DNA from: a virus
Lineage: Duplodnaviria > Caudoviricetes
DNA length: 44,367 nt
Reading direction: 5' to 3' (one strand)
IMG/VR virus record: IMGVR_UViG_3300044305_003822
Location: 1-44,367 of that record
Part shown: piece by piece, positions 43,860 through 44,367 of the stretch
Layout of the letters: each line of letters starts with the position of its first letter
Numbering within the stretch: position 1 is the stretch's first letter
Position numbers and translations under genes: made by a program
The notes under the pieces: generated by a model
The model's database searches: none
Seen by the model: only the letters and a program-made list of their open reading frames with translations
Told to the model about the DNA's origin: nothing

Positions 43860-44367
43860 TAAAAGCAGGTATTATAGGTACAGGTAATATTGGTACGGAT
43901 TTATTGTTAAAATTAATAAAAACAGATTTTATAGAACCTATTATTTTTGCTGGTAGGAGAATGGATTCTAATGGTATTAAACTGGCACAAGAAAAAGGAA
44001 TAAATGTTACTGATCAAGGTATTCAATTCTTTTTAGAAAATCCTAATTATTGTAACTTAATATATGATTGTACAAATGCTATTGATGCTAAAAAACATGC
44101 TAAAGTATTTGAAGATCAAGGTATAAAAGTAATAGATTTAACACCTGCTAAAGTAGGAGATTTATGTGTACCAACTATCAACCCCGAAAGTATAAAAACA
44201 AAAGGTAATGTTAATATGATTACTTGTGGAGGACAAGCTTCTACTCCTTTATTAAATATTATTTCTAAACATTGTGATTTAGAATATATTGAAGTAGTAT
44301 CTCAAATAGCATCTGATAGTGCTGGTATGGCTACTAGATTAAATATTGATAATTACATCCATACCAC
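43856..44367 (+). CDS. mhpF: Acetaldehyde dehydrogenase (acetylating), 3'-truncated (not in ORF track)
   Basis: MIKAGIIGTGNIGTDLL...IDLTPAK...NVNMITCGGQA...IASDSAGMATRLNID. Confidence 0.9.
   Translation, partial: MIKAGIIGTGNIGTDLLLKLIKTDFIEPIIFAGRRMDSNGIKLAQEKGINVTDQGIQFFLENPNYCNLIYDCTNAIDAKKHAKVFEDQGIKVIDLTPAKVGDLCVPTINPESIKTKGNVNMITCGGQASTPLLNIISKHCDLEYIEVVSQIASDSAGMATRLNIDNYIHT

Noticed and set aside
1-44367. Bacterial chromosome or plasmid origin (groEL, que genes, LPS-like sugar genes)
   Set aside because: gp32/UvsX/gp41/gp44/gp45/gp62-like genes, PolB, an S74 fibre, a GH24 lysozyme domain and one-strand dense packing indicate a large phage; no ribosomal or cell-division genes seen.
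1-44367. Stop-codon reassignment (TAG or TGA)
   Set aside because: Conserved genes are full length in the standard code; TAA, TAG and TGA all end genes at expected positions.
1-44367. CRISPR array, integrase, transposase or homing endonuclease
   Set aside because: No repeat-spacer array or mobile-element motifs seen by eye; the Cas4-like nuclease has no cas neighbours.

Overview
This is a very AT-rich, almost entirely plus-strand, tightly packed segment of a large lytic dsDNA phage genome with T4-like replication genes. The host is probably Bacteroidota, inferred from SD-less starts, an Hc1-like histone protein and a Bacteroidota-style lipoprotein. In order it contains: the end of a GH24 lysozyme-domain gene; a compact family-A polymerase-like gene; gp32-like SSB, RecA/UvsX, 5'-3' exonuclease and DnaB-like helicase; nrdB-nrdA and thioredoxin; a 7-deazaguanine (preQ0) cluster (queD, divergent TGT/DpdA-like gene, queC, queE, folE) interleaved with an initiator tRNA, an unusual tRNA-like RNA and a tail-fibre-like gene, and followed by a phosphoribosyltransferase and a MazG-like pyrophosphatase; a family-B polymerase split into two ORFs with two genes in between; a HAD phosphomannomutase, sliding clamp, hsp20, groES/groEL, clamp loader and a Cas4/AddB-like nuclease; and a long glycosyltransferase/nucleotide-sugar cluster (GDP-fucose and branched-sugar type) running off the end. 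The most notable observations are: (1) a possible nucleotide-level deazaguanine DNA-substitution system tied to the split polymerase; (2) a 142-nt tRNA-framed RNA whose anticodon loop is replaced by two hairpins; (3) complementary 5'/3'-UTR hairpin loops flanking hsp20; (4) a preQ1-I-like element upstream of queE; (5) two recurrent promoter motifs. All protein calls come from motif recognition by eye; no searches were run.
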